From a virus (taxonomy: Duplodnaviria; Caudoviricetes): DNA of 26,077 nt. A program made the translations under genes and the position numbers. The notes under the pieces are model-generated. The model saw nothing but the letters and a program-made list of their open reading frames with translations, had not been told where the DNA came from and made no database searches. Positions 1 to 7,687 of the stretch are shown piece after piece (positions within the stretch are counted from its first letter, which is position 1; the number at the start of each line of letters is the position of its first letter). Location: the IMG/VR virus record IMGVR_UViG_3300010376_001817, positions 1 through 26,077 of that record, one strand, 5' to 3'.

Positions 1-160
1 CGAGCAGCGCGTGAACGTTCGACCGGCCAGGCGCTGCCTGAGGCGCTGCCGCCTGCGATGGCGCAGGCGCCACATCGACTCCGGCACCGATCACCTGAAA
101 CGGCGCCGCCGCAGGCTGGACATCGACTCCGGCATCAGGAGAGACGGCAAATTCAGGCAT
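1..160 (-). CDS. Partial CDS (N-terminus MPEFAVSPDAGVDVQPAAAPFQVIGAGVDVAPAPSQ...), possible second ejection/internal virion protein
   Basis: ATG at 160, 3 nt after the stop of the preceding gene; frame open to the window edge; duplicated AGVDV motif (15-bp repeat at 72-86 and 120-134). Function inferred from context only. Confidence 0.6.
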   Translation of the reverse strand, partial: MPEFAVSPDAGVDVQPAAAPFQVIGAGVDVAPAPSQAAAPQAAPGRSNVHALL

Positions 161-163
161 GCA

Positions 164-2395
164 TTATTTTAGCGTTCTGGGCGTATTCGGAGGCGGCGCA
201 ATCATACGTTCGATCGTGCCGTCAGTGTTCTTCTTGTACCACTGGCCATCATTGCCCGGATAGGCCTTGCCTGCGGCATACTTGGGATCGCTCAGAACTT
301 TCCTGACTTCGTCAGAGACACCCCCGAATATCGCCGGCGTGTTCTGTTCGAAGTAGGTTCCGCGCGTCAGTGCCCGCCGGCGATTGCCGATCAGATCTCT
401 TACTTCTTCCGCGGCCGCACGGATGGCCGACGGGTCGTCATTGTCGCGGAAAATCTTCTCTGCCTGCTGGAGCTTGGCATCACTGGTTCCCGATCCGGTT
501 CCGCCGCCTTGCAGGATTTTGGCGACTTCGTCCGCCAGCAGCAAACGGTCGGTATTAAACCGTTTGAGGCTGATAAAGTTGAACTCTTCTTTGCCTTTGT
601 TGATCAGATCATTCACGGAACGGACGCCGAAGTTTCCGAGCTTCTGTGCCCGGTCAATCAACTGCGGCAAGGAGTCGGCTACGCTGTCCATGTAGCGCAC
701 CGTGTTCTGAAACCCGGGACTCTTGACGAGATCGTATTCCGCCGAGGCCTGTTCGAAATTGAAATCCGGATTGAGTTTCTTTGCGGCCGAATAGACCATG
801 CGATTGAATGCCTTACCCTGCTCGCCGCGGCTGGCAAAAAAGTTCGTCACTTGTTCCGGTGAGATTTTGTGCGCGACGAGATCGTTAGCGACGGCATCAG
901 CCTGCGCCTGAGTCGGCATCTGGCCCAATTCGAAGCGCTGCCTGATGATGTCCAGCGTCTGCTTCGTCTGCTCGAGGGGAGACGTCTTGAAATTCTGATA
1001 TGCCGTAATTCTTTCCCCGGGCGTTAACTGCGGCACCGTTTTTCCGAGGCTGCCCGCAAATGCCGGGAGGTAGTCGCGCTCGAAGTCGCCGGTCGGTTTA
1101 TAGATCTCCATATACTGCGTGGCGTTCAGGGCACGCTGTTGGACTTCGAGCGGGGTTTGCGCACCTTTAAAAACCGCTTGAATTTGGGGGGAATATTTCT
1201 GAAGCTCTGTATTGAAGGCGTCCATTCCCCTGGCCATTGCAGGTGCCAGCGTCATGGCAGCGTTCTGCGTTTCCTTCTGAAAAAGTCCGGGGCGTTCCGC
1301 AGCCGGTGCGCTCCATCCCTGAACAATACTTTTGAGCTGGGGCGAATAGGTCGGGCCCAACAATCCCTGTATCTCTTTAGGCTGCCTGGTGAACCAGTCG
1401 TTATAGCCTGCCTGATCGTTGATCAGTTCGATCGAAGTGCCGGCATTCTCCATCGCCTTGGCATGTGCGTCAATATCGGTCTTCGCCGTCGTATGCTGTT
1501 CGGCCACAGTCTGAGCGCGATCCCGGAATTGAGTCAGCAGATCGGGATCATAGCCGCGTGCGAGCAGAGCGCGGCCGGCTTCTTCCGTCAGCAGCTTCTG
1601 ACTGACCGCCTGCAGAACTGCTGCCGGATAGGCCCCCGCGGGATCTTTCGACGAGAGAACCGAATTGGCGATCGAGCCCAGTTGTGCCGCCTGATTCTTG
1701 TTGTTTTCCAGGTCCTTGCCGGCCGCTTCGACGTTGTCTTTGTATGCGGTGAGGAAGTTCTTCGCAATGGCGAAGCCAGTCGTCGGGGCAACCCTCATGA
1801 TTTCCCCCACGTTCACTTGCGGCATGACCGGCCCTGTTCCGGTAATGGGCGCTATTGCGGATGTGGACGGCGCGGGCGTTACCGGCGGCTGCGTTGTGAT
1901 GAGATCGCGCAGCGTGGGCGTTACCGGCGTTTGCCATCCGGTGATAGTGGCTGGGGACGTCACGGGTGTTACGGGCGGCTGCAATCCAGTAACACTGGAT
2001 GTAGATCTCGCGGGTGTTACCGGCGGCTGCCATCCAGTGACATTGGATGTGGGCGTCGCGGGCGTTTCGAAACCGGTTGACGTAGCCGGCACGGTGCCCC
2101 CCGATGGAGTTGGCGTTACCGCCGGCGGCGTCACCGCAGGGGGCGTTACCGCTGCCGGTGCGACCGTTGCGGGCGCCGGAGCCGTGCCGGGGAACGTATT
2201 CCGGAAATAGTTCGCCAGGTTCTGCTGTTCCTGATACGCAATCCGCGCCTCTTGGAGCTTAATGTCGCCCAGTTGGGTTCCCTGCATCAACTGCTGCAGG
2301 TTCTGCAGTCCCGTCGCGAGCTCAAGCGGAGTCTGCGGCTGTACGGTGAATACCGGCGGCTGTACGGCAAGCGAAATTCTTGGATCGAGCGCCAG
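164..2395 (-). CDS. Large Gln/Ala-rich protein with Pro/Thr repeats, probable DNA ejection (internal virion) protein
   Basis: 708-aa ORF from the track; the frame extends 35 codons upstream to CTG 2395, giving (M)ALDPRISLAVQPP. Helical Q/A-rich composition resembles podovirus ejection proteins (inference). Confidence 0.6.
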   Translation of the reverse strand: MALDPRISLAVQPPVFTVQPQTPLELATGLQNLQQLMQGTQLGDIKLQEARIAYQEQQNLANYFRNTFPGTAPAPATVAPAAVTPPAVTPPAVTPTPSGGTVPATSTGFETPATPTSNVTGWQPPVTPARSTSSVTGLQPPVTPVTSPATITGWQTPVTPTLRDLITTQPPVTPAPSTSAIAPITGTGPVMPQVNVGEIMRVAPTTGFAIAKNFLTAYKDNVEAAGKDLENNKNQAAQLGSIANSVLSSKDPAGAYPAAVLQAVSQKLLTEEAGRALLARGYDPDLLTQFRDRAQTVAEQHTTAKTDIDAHAKAMENAGTSIELINDQAGYNDWFTRQPKEIQGLLGPTYSPQLKSIVQGWSAPAAERPGLFQKETQNAAMTLAPAMARGMDAFNTELQKYSPQIQAVFKGAQTPLEVQQRALNATQYMEIYKPTGDFERDYLPAFAGSLGKTVPQLTPGERITAYQNFKTSPLEQTKQTLDIIRQRFELGQMPTQAQADAVANDLVAHKISPEQVTNFFASRGEQGKAFNRMVYSAAKKLNPDFNFEQASAEYDLVKSPGFQNTVRYMDSVADSLPQLIDRAQKLGNFGVRSVNDLINKGKEEFNFISLKRFNTDRLLLADEVAKILQGGGTGSGTSDAKLQQAEKIFRDNDDPSAIRAAAEEVRDLIGNRRRALTRGTYFEQNTPAIFGGVSDEVRKVLSDPKYAAGKAYPGNDGQWYKKNTDGTIERMIAPPPNTPRTLK
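1875..2150 (-). repeat. Coding repeats: TGWQPPVTP / TGLQPPVTP / TGWQTPVTP / TTQPPVTP and (AVTPP)x3
   Basis: Seen in the translation; recurring gttaccggcggc-like units in the DNA. Confidence 0.8.
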
Positions 2396-2497
2396 TTGTG
2401 GATAAGCTTAACCCGCAATGGCTTTGAAAGCAAAGGCGTTTTCGCGTCTCGGTTACTACCGATGCGCGCCTTCCGTGCATCGATAGCATACGATATG

Positions 2498-2791
2498 CTA
2501 GCGTCGCCCTTTCGCTCGCAGGGTGCGCTCGAACTCCCGGGCGAATTCAGCGAACGTGACGTGCAGGCCAGGAAGCAGCCGGAACACGCTTTCAAGCGTG
2601 GGGGTGTGCTTCTCCCGTTCCAGCCCGCCTAGGTAGCCCCGGTCGATGCCCAGATTCCGCGCCAACCGTTCCTGGGAAATGCCGGCCTTCTGGCGCAGAA
2701 ACCGGACGGTTTGGGCAAAGGCGCACCGGATCTGATTCCGTGTTGCCGACTTCAGCATATCGACGGATTGCCGCTGTTTTTCGTGTGACAT
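2498..2791 (-). CDS. XRE-family HTH transcriptional regulator
   Basis: VRFLRQKAGISQERLARNLGIDRGYLGGLEREKHTPTLESVFRL is a typical HTH_3 signature; start placed at ATG 2791 (track start 2860). Confidence 0.9.
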   Translation of the reverse strand: MSHEKQRQSVDMLKSATRNQIRCAFAQTVRFLRQKAGISQERLARNLGIDRGYLGGLEREKHTPTLESVFRLLPGLHVTFAEFAREFERTLRAKGRR

Positions 2792-2849
2792 GCCTTGAAG
2801 TGTGTGGCAAAAGGGAAAGGGATGTCTACGGTATATATACCGTGGAGTT

Positions 2850-3179
2850 TTATTCCGCAATGCCCGTGCGGATGGCAGTCAGATCGACCGCGCTGCACCG
2901 GCGCTTGGCGTGGACTACCGCCGCGATCGCCACCGAGGCATCCGGGCAGACCCGGAACTCACTGCCGTCGAAGACGACGAACGCCTTCCCGGCGAGGTCG
3001 GCCAGGTCGGCGCGCACCAGGGCGCTCAGCCTCGCGCCCTTGTTCTGCAGCGCCTTGATCAGGCGGACAAACTCCACCTGGCTGGCGGGCAGATCGGGCC
3101 GGATCAGGCCGGCAGCGCGCAGGGTATAAACCTGGGCGGGTGTGAGATGGGTACGGTCGCAGAATTCGCTCATCGTCAT
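2850..3179 (-). CDS. Hypothetical protein with MerR-like N-terminal HTH
   Basis: MTMSEFCDRTHLTPAQVYTLRAAGLIRP resembles the MerR-type HTH pattern. Confidence 0.6.
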   Translation of the reverse strand: MTMSEFCDRTHLTPAQVYTLRAAGLIRPDLPASQVEFVRLIKALQNKGARLSALVRADLADLAGKAFVVFDGSEFRVCPDASVAIAAVVHAKRRCSAVDLTAIRTGIAE

Positions 3180-3444
3180 AGGCTGCGATCAGTCTAACGT
3201 CCCTTCTGCCAGACCGCATGCGGCGGAAAGCGTCTCGCGCGTCCTCACATCAAGTTGCGAGGCGATCTGTTGATCGACGGCCGCAACCGGCTCCGCGCCC
3301 AATCTTTCGCGGCGGCACCTGCGGGATGACCAGCGCGCCTTCATCGCCGCCAAGACGTTGCGCCTGATCACCGCCAAGCGGGCGCAGGAACGGCAACTAA
3401 CCGGCAAAAGTCCCGATGGCGAAGCTGGCGGACGCGGGCATGCA

Positions 3445-3478
3445 AAAAACCTGAATCAGAATTCTGATTCAGGTTTTT
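3445..3478. repeat. 34-bp perfect palindrome AAAAACCTGAATCAGAATTCTGATTCAGGTTTTT
   Basis: Read directly; no loop; centred on GAATTC at 3459-3464. Confidence 0.95.
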
Positions 3479-3592
3479 CGCGCAAGCCTTCGCAGGCTGA
3501 AAGCCGAGGCAGGGCGTGCCGTGCAGGCATCAGGGTGCCCCAGCGGACGCCGCACAGCCTGGTAGATCAGCCCAGCGCGGTGCTCGCCGGCG

Positions 3593-3730
3593 TTAGGCCT
3601 TCTTGGACTTCGCGCGGACTTTGGCGTTTTTCTCGCTGGCAGGCGGCTTCTTCTTCTCGGCCAAGACCTCCGCGCGGATGGCCTCCAGGCGCTTCTTGTG
3701 AAGATGCTTCTTGAACTCGCGGTCGGTCAT
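3593..3730 (-). CDS. 45-aa Lys-rich basic protein MTDREFKKHLHKKRLEAIRAEVLAEKKKPPASEKNAKVRAKSKKA
   Basis: Manual translation, below the ORF-track cutoff; GC3-rich codon usage. Confidence 0.6.
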   Translation of the reverse strand: MTDREFKKHLHKKRLEAIRAEVLAEKKKPPASEKNAKVRAKSKKA

Positions 3731-4305
3731 AGGCTGGCACTACGGCTCACTCACCATCGGCGATAGATGACTAGTTTTACTAGTCGAGCGCTAGTCGCTA
3801 GTAGCGGGTGCGGATCCCGTGGCTCCTGGTAGGCCGGGGAAGTGTACACGCCACCCTGCGGCAGCAGGCGGGCGAACTCGAGATTCATCCGCCGGTGAAT
3901 CTCCTGTGGATGGTTACTGTCGTTGATGGAAAAGGGGCCGCCGCGATCGGCGACGAGTGCTACCGTAGTGAAGTTCATCGGATTCTCCCCAAGGCCGCCA
4001 GTCCCCTCCAGCTCTCCCCGGGCAAGGTGTGAGTGCGGGGGCTGGCGGCGGTTTGTATTTGGTCCTAACGGGCGGAAGGAACGCGCGGGTATTCTGCCAA
4101 GAAACCCCCTTTCGGGTGCGGTCCCACTCCTAGGGTTTAGTGTGCGCTTAAGGCACTGATCGAGCAAGGTGTTTTTGCTGTTGAACGGGATCGCAGCTTT
4201 GGCTTAGATTGGAAATGCCAAGAGCCCCACAGGCCGAAAGCCGCCTGACGCTTGCTTCTCTTAGCCTGCGGCGGGCGGCGGCCCCCGCGAAACACCTTCG
4301 GAGAT

Positions 4306-4914
4306 CTAGCCTCGCACCCTCCGGCGATCGAAGAAGTCAGCACGCCCGACGGCCTGGCTGTACTGCCGGTTCTTGATCTTCACCCAGGTGGTCGCTTCCG
4401 GCGTGTAGTGGGCGCTTGCCTGCTTGGCGACAATCCCCTCCATGTCCCGGTCGCAGATCACGCGGAACAGGTCCGTGCCGCTCGCCACGTGCTCCACATA
4501 CAGAACCGACTTCGGGGGCCGCGGGAGCAGTTTTCGCAGGAGTGTCTTCCGCTCAGACAGAGGCAGCTCGCGCAGGTCACGGCCATCCAGCCAGAGCAGA
4601 TCGAACGCATAGAAGCAGAATGGTCCTCTCCGCCGCATCAACTCGTAAAACATCGGACGGCCGTCGGGCCCTGGGTGCACGATCTCGCCGTCCAGGATGG
4701 CGCTGCGGTTGGAGAGTTCCTTACCGATGGCCTGCGCCAGCGGCTCGAAGGTCTTAAACGCATTCCGGTTGCGCGACATCAGCCGGCAGATTCCGCCCTC
4801 GACATAAGCGACCGCACGGAAACCGTCCAGCTTCGGCTCGAAAATCCAGTCCGGATGCTCGAAAGGCGCATCGAAGCGGGCCAGCGGCATCGGAGTGACG
4901 CGGGGGAGGCTCAC
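4306..4914 (-). CDS. ATP-dependent DNA ligase, adenylation domain only (LigD/LigC-like)
   Basis: Motif I FEPKLDGFR, III ILDGEIV, IIIa FYAFDLLWLDG, IV EGIVAK, V WVKIK; no OB-fold follows. Confidence 0.9.
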   Translation of the reverse strand: MSLPRVTPMPLARFDAPFEHPDWIFEPKLDGFRAVAYVEGGICRLMSRNRNAFKTFEPLAQAIGKELSNRSAILDGEIVHPGPDGRPMFYELMRRRGPFCFYAFDLLWLDGRDLRELPLSERKTLLRKLLPRPPKSVLYVEHVASGTDLFRVICDRDMEGIVAKQASAHYTPEATTWVKIKNRQYSQAVGRADFFDRRRVRG

Positions 4915-5021
4915 GTAACTCTAGTTTAGCCGGGTACCCGGGTTTGGTGTCGTTGAAGCCGTCGGCGAGAAGGACGTCCACGTCGGCAGGCCCATCGATG
5001 GCGGTACTGAGGCGAAAAGGC

Positions 5022-5386
5022 TTCTAGCAAACCTTCTAGCAGAACCTACAGGAATGACCAGGAAACACCGGCGATCACCGCTCGAACATCCGGCGCAATT
5101 CAATGAAATAAAGGAATCATCAGGAATCAACAGCAACGTTTCGTAAAACTCATAACCCAAAGGTCGGTGGTTCAAATCCACCCCCCGCAACCAAACTTCC
5201 TCCGCCTTCAAGCTCCCTAAAAATGAACAGGTTAATGGCTAGTTGAGGCGTTTTCCGCGAGAGTCGTTGGAAGCCCTGGGGCGGCCTTTTTCTAGCAAAC
5301 TTTCTAGCAATTCGTTTTTGGAATCGCTGTTGCGCTCCGTTGCTTCTAGCAAATCGTTGGGCCTTGACCCTAAAGGTTTGCTAGAA
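5022..5386. mobile_element. Attachment site (attP-like): tRNA-derived core plus six arm-type repeats TTCTAGCA(A/G)(A/T)
   Basis: Repeats at 5022, 5034, 5290, 5302, 5344 (direct) and 5377 (inverted) flank the tRNA fragment next to the integrase. Confidence 0.8.
5149..5193 (+). pseudogene. 3' half of tRNA-Met(CAT), initiator-like; att core
   Basis: CTCATAA anticodon loop, CCCAAAGGTC, T-arm GGTGGTTCAAATCCACC, acceptor CCCCGCAACCA; no 5' half upstream. Confidence 0.92.
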
Positions 5387-6546
5387 AGCGCCGCCGCCAA
5401 AGTCGCATCCAGTTTGCGGACGGATTCCTGCTTCGCTTGGGGGAAAAGATGTCCGTAGGTATCGAACGTGACTTGAATACTGGAGTGGCCCATCTGATCC
5501 TGGACATATTTCGCGCTCTCCCCTTGGGCGATCAGGACCGAAGCAAAGAAATGGCGGAGATCGTGGAAACGGATCTCTTTCAGGCCCGCCTTTTGGGCGA
5601 TTGGGCCGTAGATCGAATCGTTAAAGTAGTCGGGGTCGACCCAGTGCGCTGGAGGCTTCAGGCCCACCAGGTGCCTGGGAAAGATGAGATCGTCGGCGTC
5701 TCCATGGATTTCCTTTAGGCCCGCCAAAAGACTTCGCACAGTCTGCGTCATGCCGATCCGCCGCCGCGATTTGCGTGATTTCGGAGGCCCTAGTTTCCAC
5801 TGCCACTTGTGCACGCCGTCGGTAGCCGTTGCTTTTTTGATCGCCTGCTGAATCGAAATTTCGTTGCTGAGCCAGTCGATGTCCGAATAGCGTAACGCCA
5901 GGATCTCGCCGCGGCGCATCCCAGTAGAGACCGCCAGCAGAACGATCGCGTAGCCGATACTCCCGATCTCTCTGGCTGCGAGAACCAACAGCGATACTTG
6001 CTCCGCGGTAGGAGGGATGATTTCCTCTCCATGATCGGGCGGCAACTCGACTCCCTTCGCCGGGTTGTGACGAATGTATCCATCTTTCACGGCGCTCTGG
6101 CCAAACTTTCCGTCGAGCATCGTATTGAGCAGAGTCATGACGTTCCCTACCGTTTTGCGGCTGCGATTCTTTGCCAGAGTCTTTGCCAGATTCTGCACAT
6201 GAACACGCTCGATCTCGACCATCTGCAATTCGCCGAGATTTGGAACTAGATGTCTCCGAACGATTGACGCGTACGCGGCCAGCGTGCTTCCCTCGATACT
6301 CACACGACCAGCCAGCCACTCTTCTGCAAACTCAGCGAAAGTTCCTGCTTTGGGCTTGACGTAGAGAGCGCGATCAATTTCCACCAGGACTTCGTTCAAC
6401 CGGCGGCGGGCCTCGCTATAGCTTTTGAAACCCTGGCCAGGGCTTTCTCCGAGCCATTTCTGCTTGCCTTGATTGTCCCGGAAATACGCAAAATAGGAAT
6501 TGCCTTTTTGGATCACGCTGCCGCGCTGCCTACGCCCTCTCTTCAT
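5239..6546 (-). CDS. int: Tyrosine recombinase / phage integrase
   Basis: TGMRRGEILAL, PKS, FHDLRH, MGHSSIQVTFDTYGH catalytic motifs; N-terminal arm-binding and SAM-like regions; adjacent to att. Confidence 0.97.
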   Translation of the reverse strand: MKRGRRQRGSVIQKGNSYFAYFRDNQGKQKWLGESPGQGFKSYSEARRRLNEVLVEIDRALYVKPKAGTFAEFAEEWLAGRVSIEGSTLAAYASIVRRHLVPNLGELQMVEIERVHVQNLAKTLAKNRSRKTVGNVMTLLNTMLDGKFGQSAVKDGYIRHNPAKGVELPPDHGEEIIPPTAEQVSLLVLAAREIGSIGYAIVLLAVSTGMRRGEILALRYSDIDWLSNEISIQQAIKKATATDGVHKWQWKLGPPKSRKSRRRIGMTQTVRSLLAGLKEIHGDADDLIFPRHLVGLKPPAHWVDPDYFNDSIYGPIAQKAGLKEIRFHDLRHFFASVLIAQGESAKYVQDQMGHSSIQVTFDTYGHLFPQAKQESVRKLDATLAAALSSKPLGSRPNDLLEATERNSDSKNELLESLLEKGRPRASNDSRGKRLN

Positions 6547-6569
6547 GTGTTTTGCCTTTCAGGAAAACC

Positions 6570-6944
6570 TCAATCAGGCGTTCGATCTGCTTGGCCATAG
6601 TCGTGTCGAGCGCCAGGCATTTTAGCTTGAACTTTTTGTGCAGGTCGCGATCGATTGGGACTTGCAGCATGACTTCGTTTTGGGAGTTCTTTGTGACTTT
6701 CGCCATTGCTGGTATTATAACAATTGTCAGTAATTGCGGTAGCTACCGGAACCTGGGCGCTTTCTATAATTGCCTCCAGGTCGGACTCAGAGAATCTCAC
6801 ATACTTGCCGAAGCGTCGATAAGGGATGGCGTTTATTCGTGTGCGCTCATAGAGCCATTTGGCGGCCACTCTGAGCTTTGTCGCAGCCTCTTGAACGGTA
6901 TACAGGCGAGTAGGACTTGTTTCGGCCTCTGTCGTCTGTTGCAT
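6570..6944 (-). CDS. xis: Excisionase-like HTH_17 DNA-binding protein
   Basis: LYTVQEAATKLRVAAKWLYE...IPYRRFGKYVRFSESDL; AGGAGG RBS before ATG 6944; directly upstream of int. Confidence 0.85.
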   Translation of the reverse strand: MQQTTEAETSPTRLYTVQEAATKLRVAAKWLYERTRINAIPYRRFGKYVRFSESDLEAIIESAQVPVATAITDNCYNTSNGESHKELPKRSHAASPNRSRPAQKVQAKMPGARHDYGQADRTPD

Positions 6945-6955
6945 TACGCCTCCTG

Positions 6956-7123
6956 TTACTTCCACCTGTGTACTGGGCAATATTGGGCGTTGTCCACGTC
7001 GGCATCCGCGCGCCTGCACTCACACGTCAAAAAGCCCTGCGAGCACGCGCAATGGAACCCACAGGTGCCGCAATCACATCGGTTCTCACGCCGGCAGCAA
7101 AAAGCACCGAGCCATCGGGTCAC
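6956..7123 (-). CDS. Small Cys-rich (putative Zn-binding) protein
   Basis: CC..CDCGTCGFHCAC..CEC..CPVH; GTG start overlaps the upstream stop (GTGA). Confidence 0.55.
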   Translation of the reverse strand: MTRWLGAFCCRRENRCDCGTCGFHCACSQGFLTCECRRADADVDNAQYCPVHRWK

Positions 7124-7224
7124 CGCCCCACCCTGGCCAGGCCGCCGGCGCGTCTGCGGTGATCGGCCGCGCGCTCGAGGTTGCGCTCGAGCAGGTTGAG
7201 TTGCGATGGGGAGACGCGGATCAC
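7120..7224 (-). CDS. 34-aa hypothetical peptide MIRVSPSQLNLLERNLERAADHRRRAGGLARVGR
   Basis: Manual translation; GTGA overlaps at both ends fill the operon gap exactly. Confidence 0.45.
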   Translation of the reverse strand: MIRVSPSQLNLLERNLERAADHRRRAGGLARVGR

Positions 7225-7445
7225 AAATTTTCCCCGATGCGCGCCGCTTGGGCACTCCTTTGAGCCGCAGCGCCCATCAGGTCGAGGCAGTAAGGGCAGG
7301 AGACTCCGGATACCTCTTCAGTGGCTTGTACGGGCCGCGCAGGGTTCTTACGGGGGATTCCGCATAGCGTCCAGCCTTCGACCGTCGCTTGATGTTTCGA
7401 CCACGAGCGTACACAAGGTGCGCCGCGGAACAAATGGACTGGCAT
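7221..7445 (-). CDS. Small putative Zn-binding protein
   Basis: H..TLCG..VSCPYC motif; AAGGAG RBS. Confidence 0.65.
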   Translation of the reverse strand: MPVHLFRGAPCVRSWSKHQATVEGWTLCGIPRKNPARPVQATEEVSGVSCPYCLDLMGAAAQRSAQAARIGENL

Positions 7446-7471
7446 TATGCTCCTTTCCTATTGCCGTACGA

Positions 7472-7681
7472 TCAGGCTCTCGCTTTTTGGGCGCGCGGTA
7501 CGCTAGCCGGTTCGCGCCCAGCCGCCTTGCGTTGAGCTTCTTCTTCTGCCGCGCTGGCTTGGGGATGGTTCTTCATCCACAGCTCGGCCCAGATGAGCGG
7601 CAAGCCAGCGTATTTTTCCGGATCGGCGAGGATGATTTCCGCCGCCCGCCGGTTGTCCGCGTCGAAGTAGTTCTTCTTCAT
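7472..7681 (-). CDS. Hypothetical protein
   Basis: 69-aa ORF in operon orientation with good codon usage. Confidence 0.65.
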   Translation of the reverse strand: MKKNYFDADNRRAAEIILADPEKYAGLPLIWAELWMKNHPQASAAEEEAQRKAAGREPASVPRAQKARA

Positions 7682-7687
7682 CGCCGC

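Noticed and set aside
1139-2210. Long plus-strand ORFs (also 12110-13096, 18050-18823 and the 5' part of 24493-25449)
   Set aside because: Antisense or alternate-frame shadows of real genes in GC-rich DNA, with no motifs
2498-2791. Restriction-modification controller (C protein) system
   Set aside because: The XRE fold fits, but no methyltransferase or restriction enzyme is adjacent
4150-4220. Hammerhead ribozyme (CTGATCGA...GAAA)
   Set aside because: Core differs from CUGANGA by an extra base and I could not build stems I-III
5116-5193. Complete tRNA-Met gene
   Set aside because: Sequence upstream of the anticodon loop cannot form the D-arm or the 5' acceptor strand; only the 3' half is present
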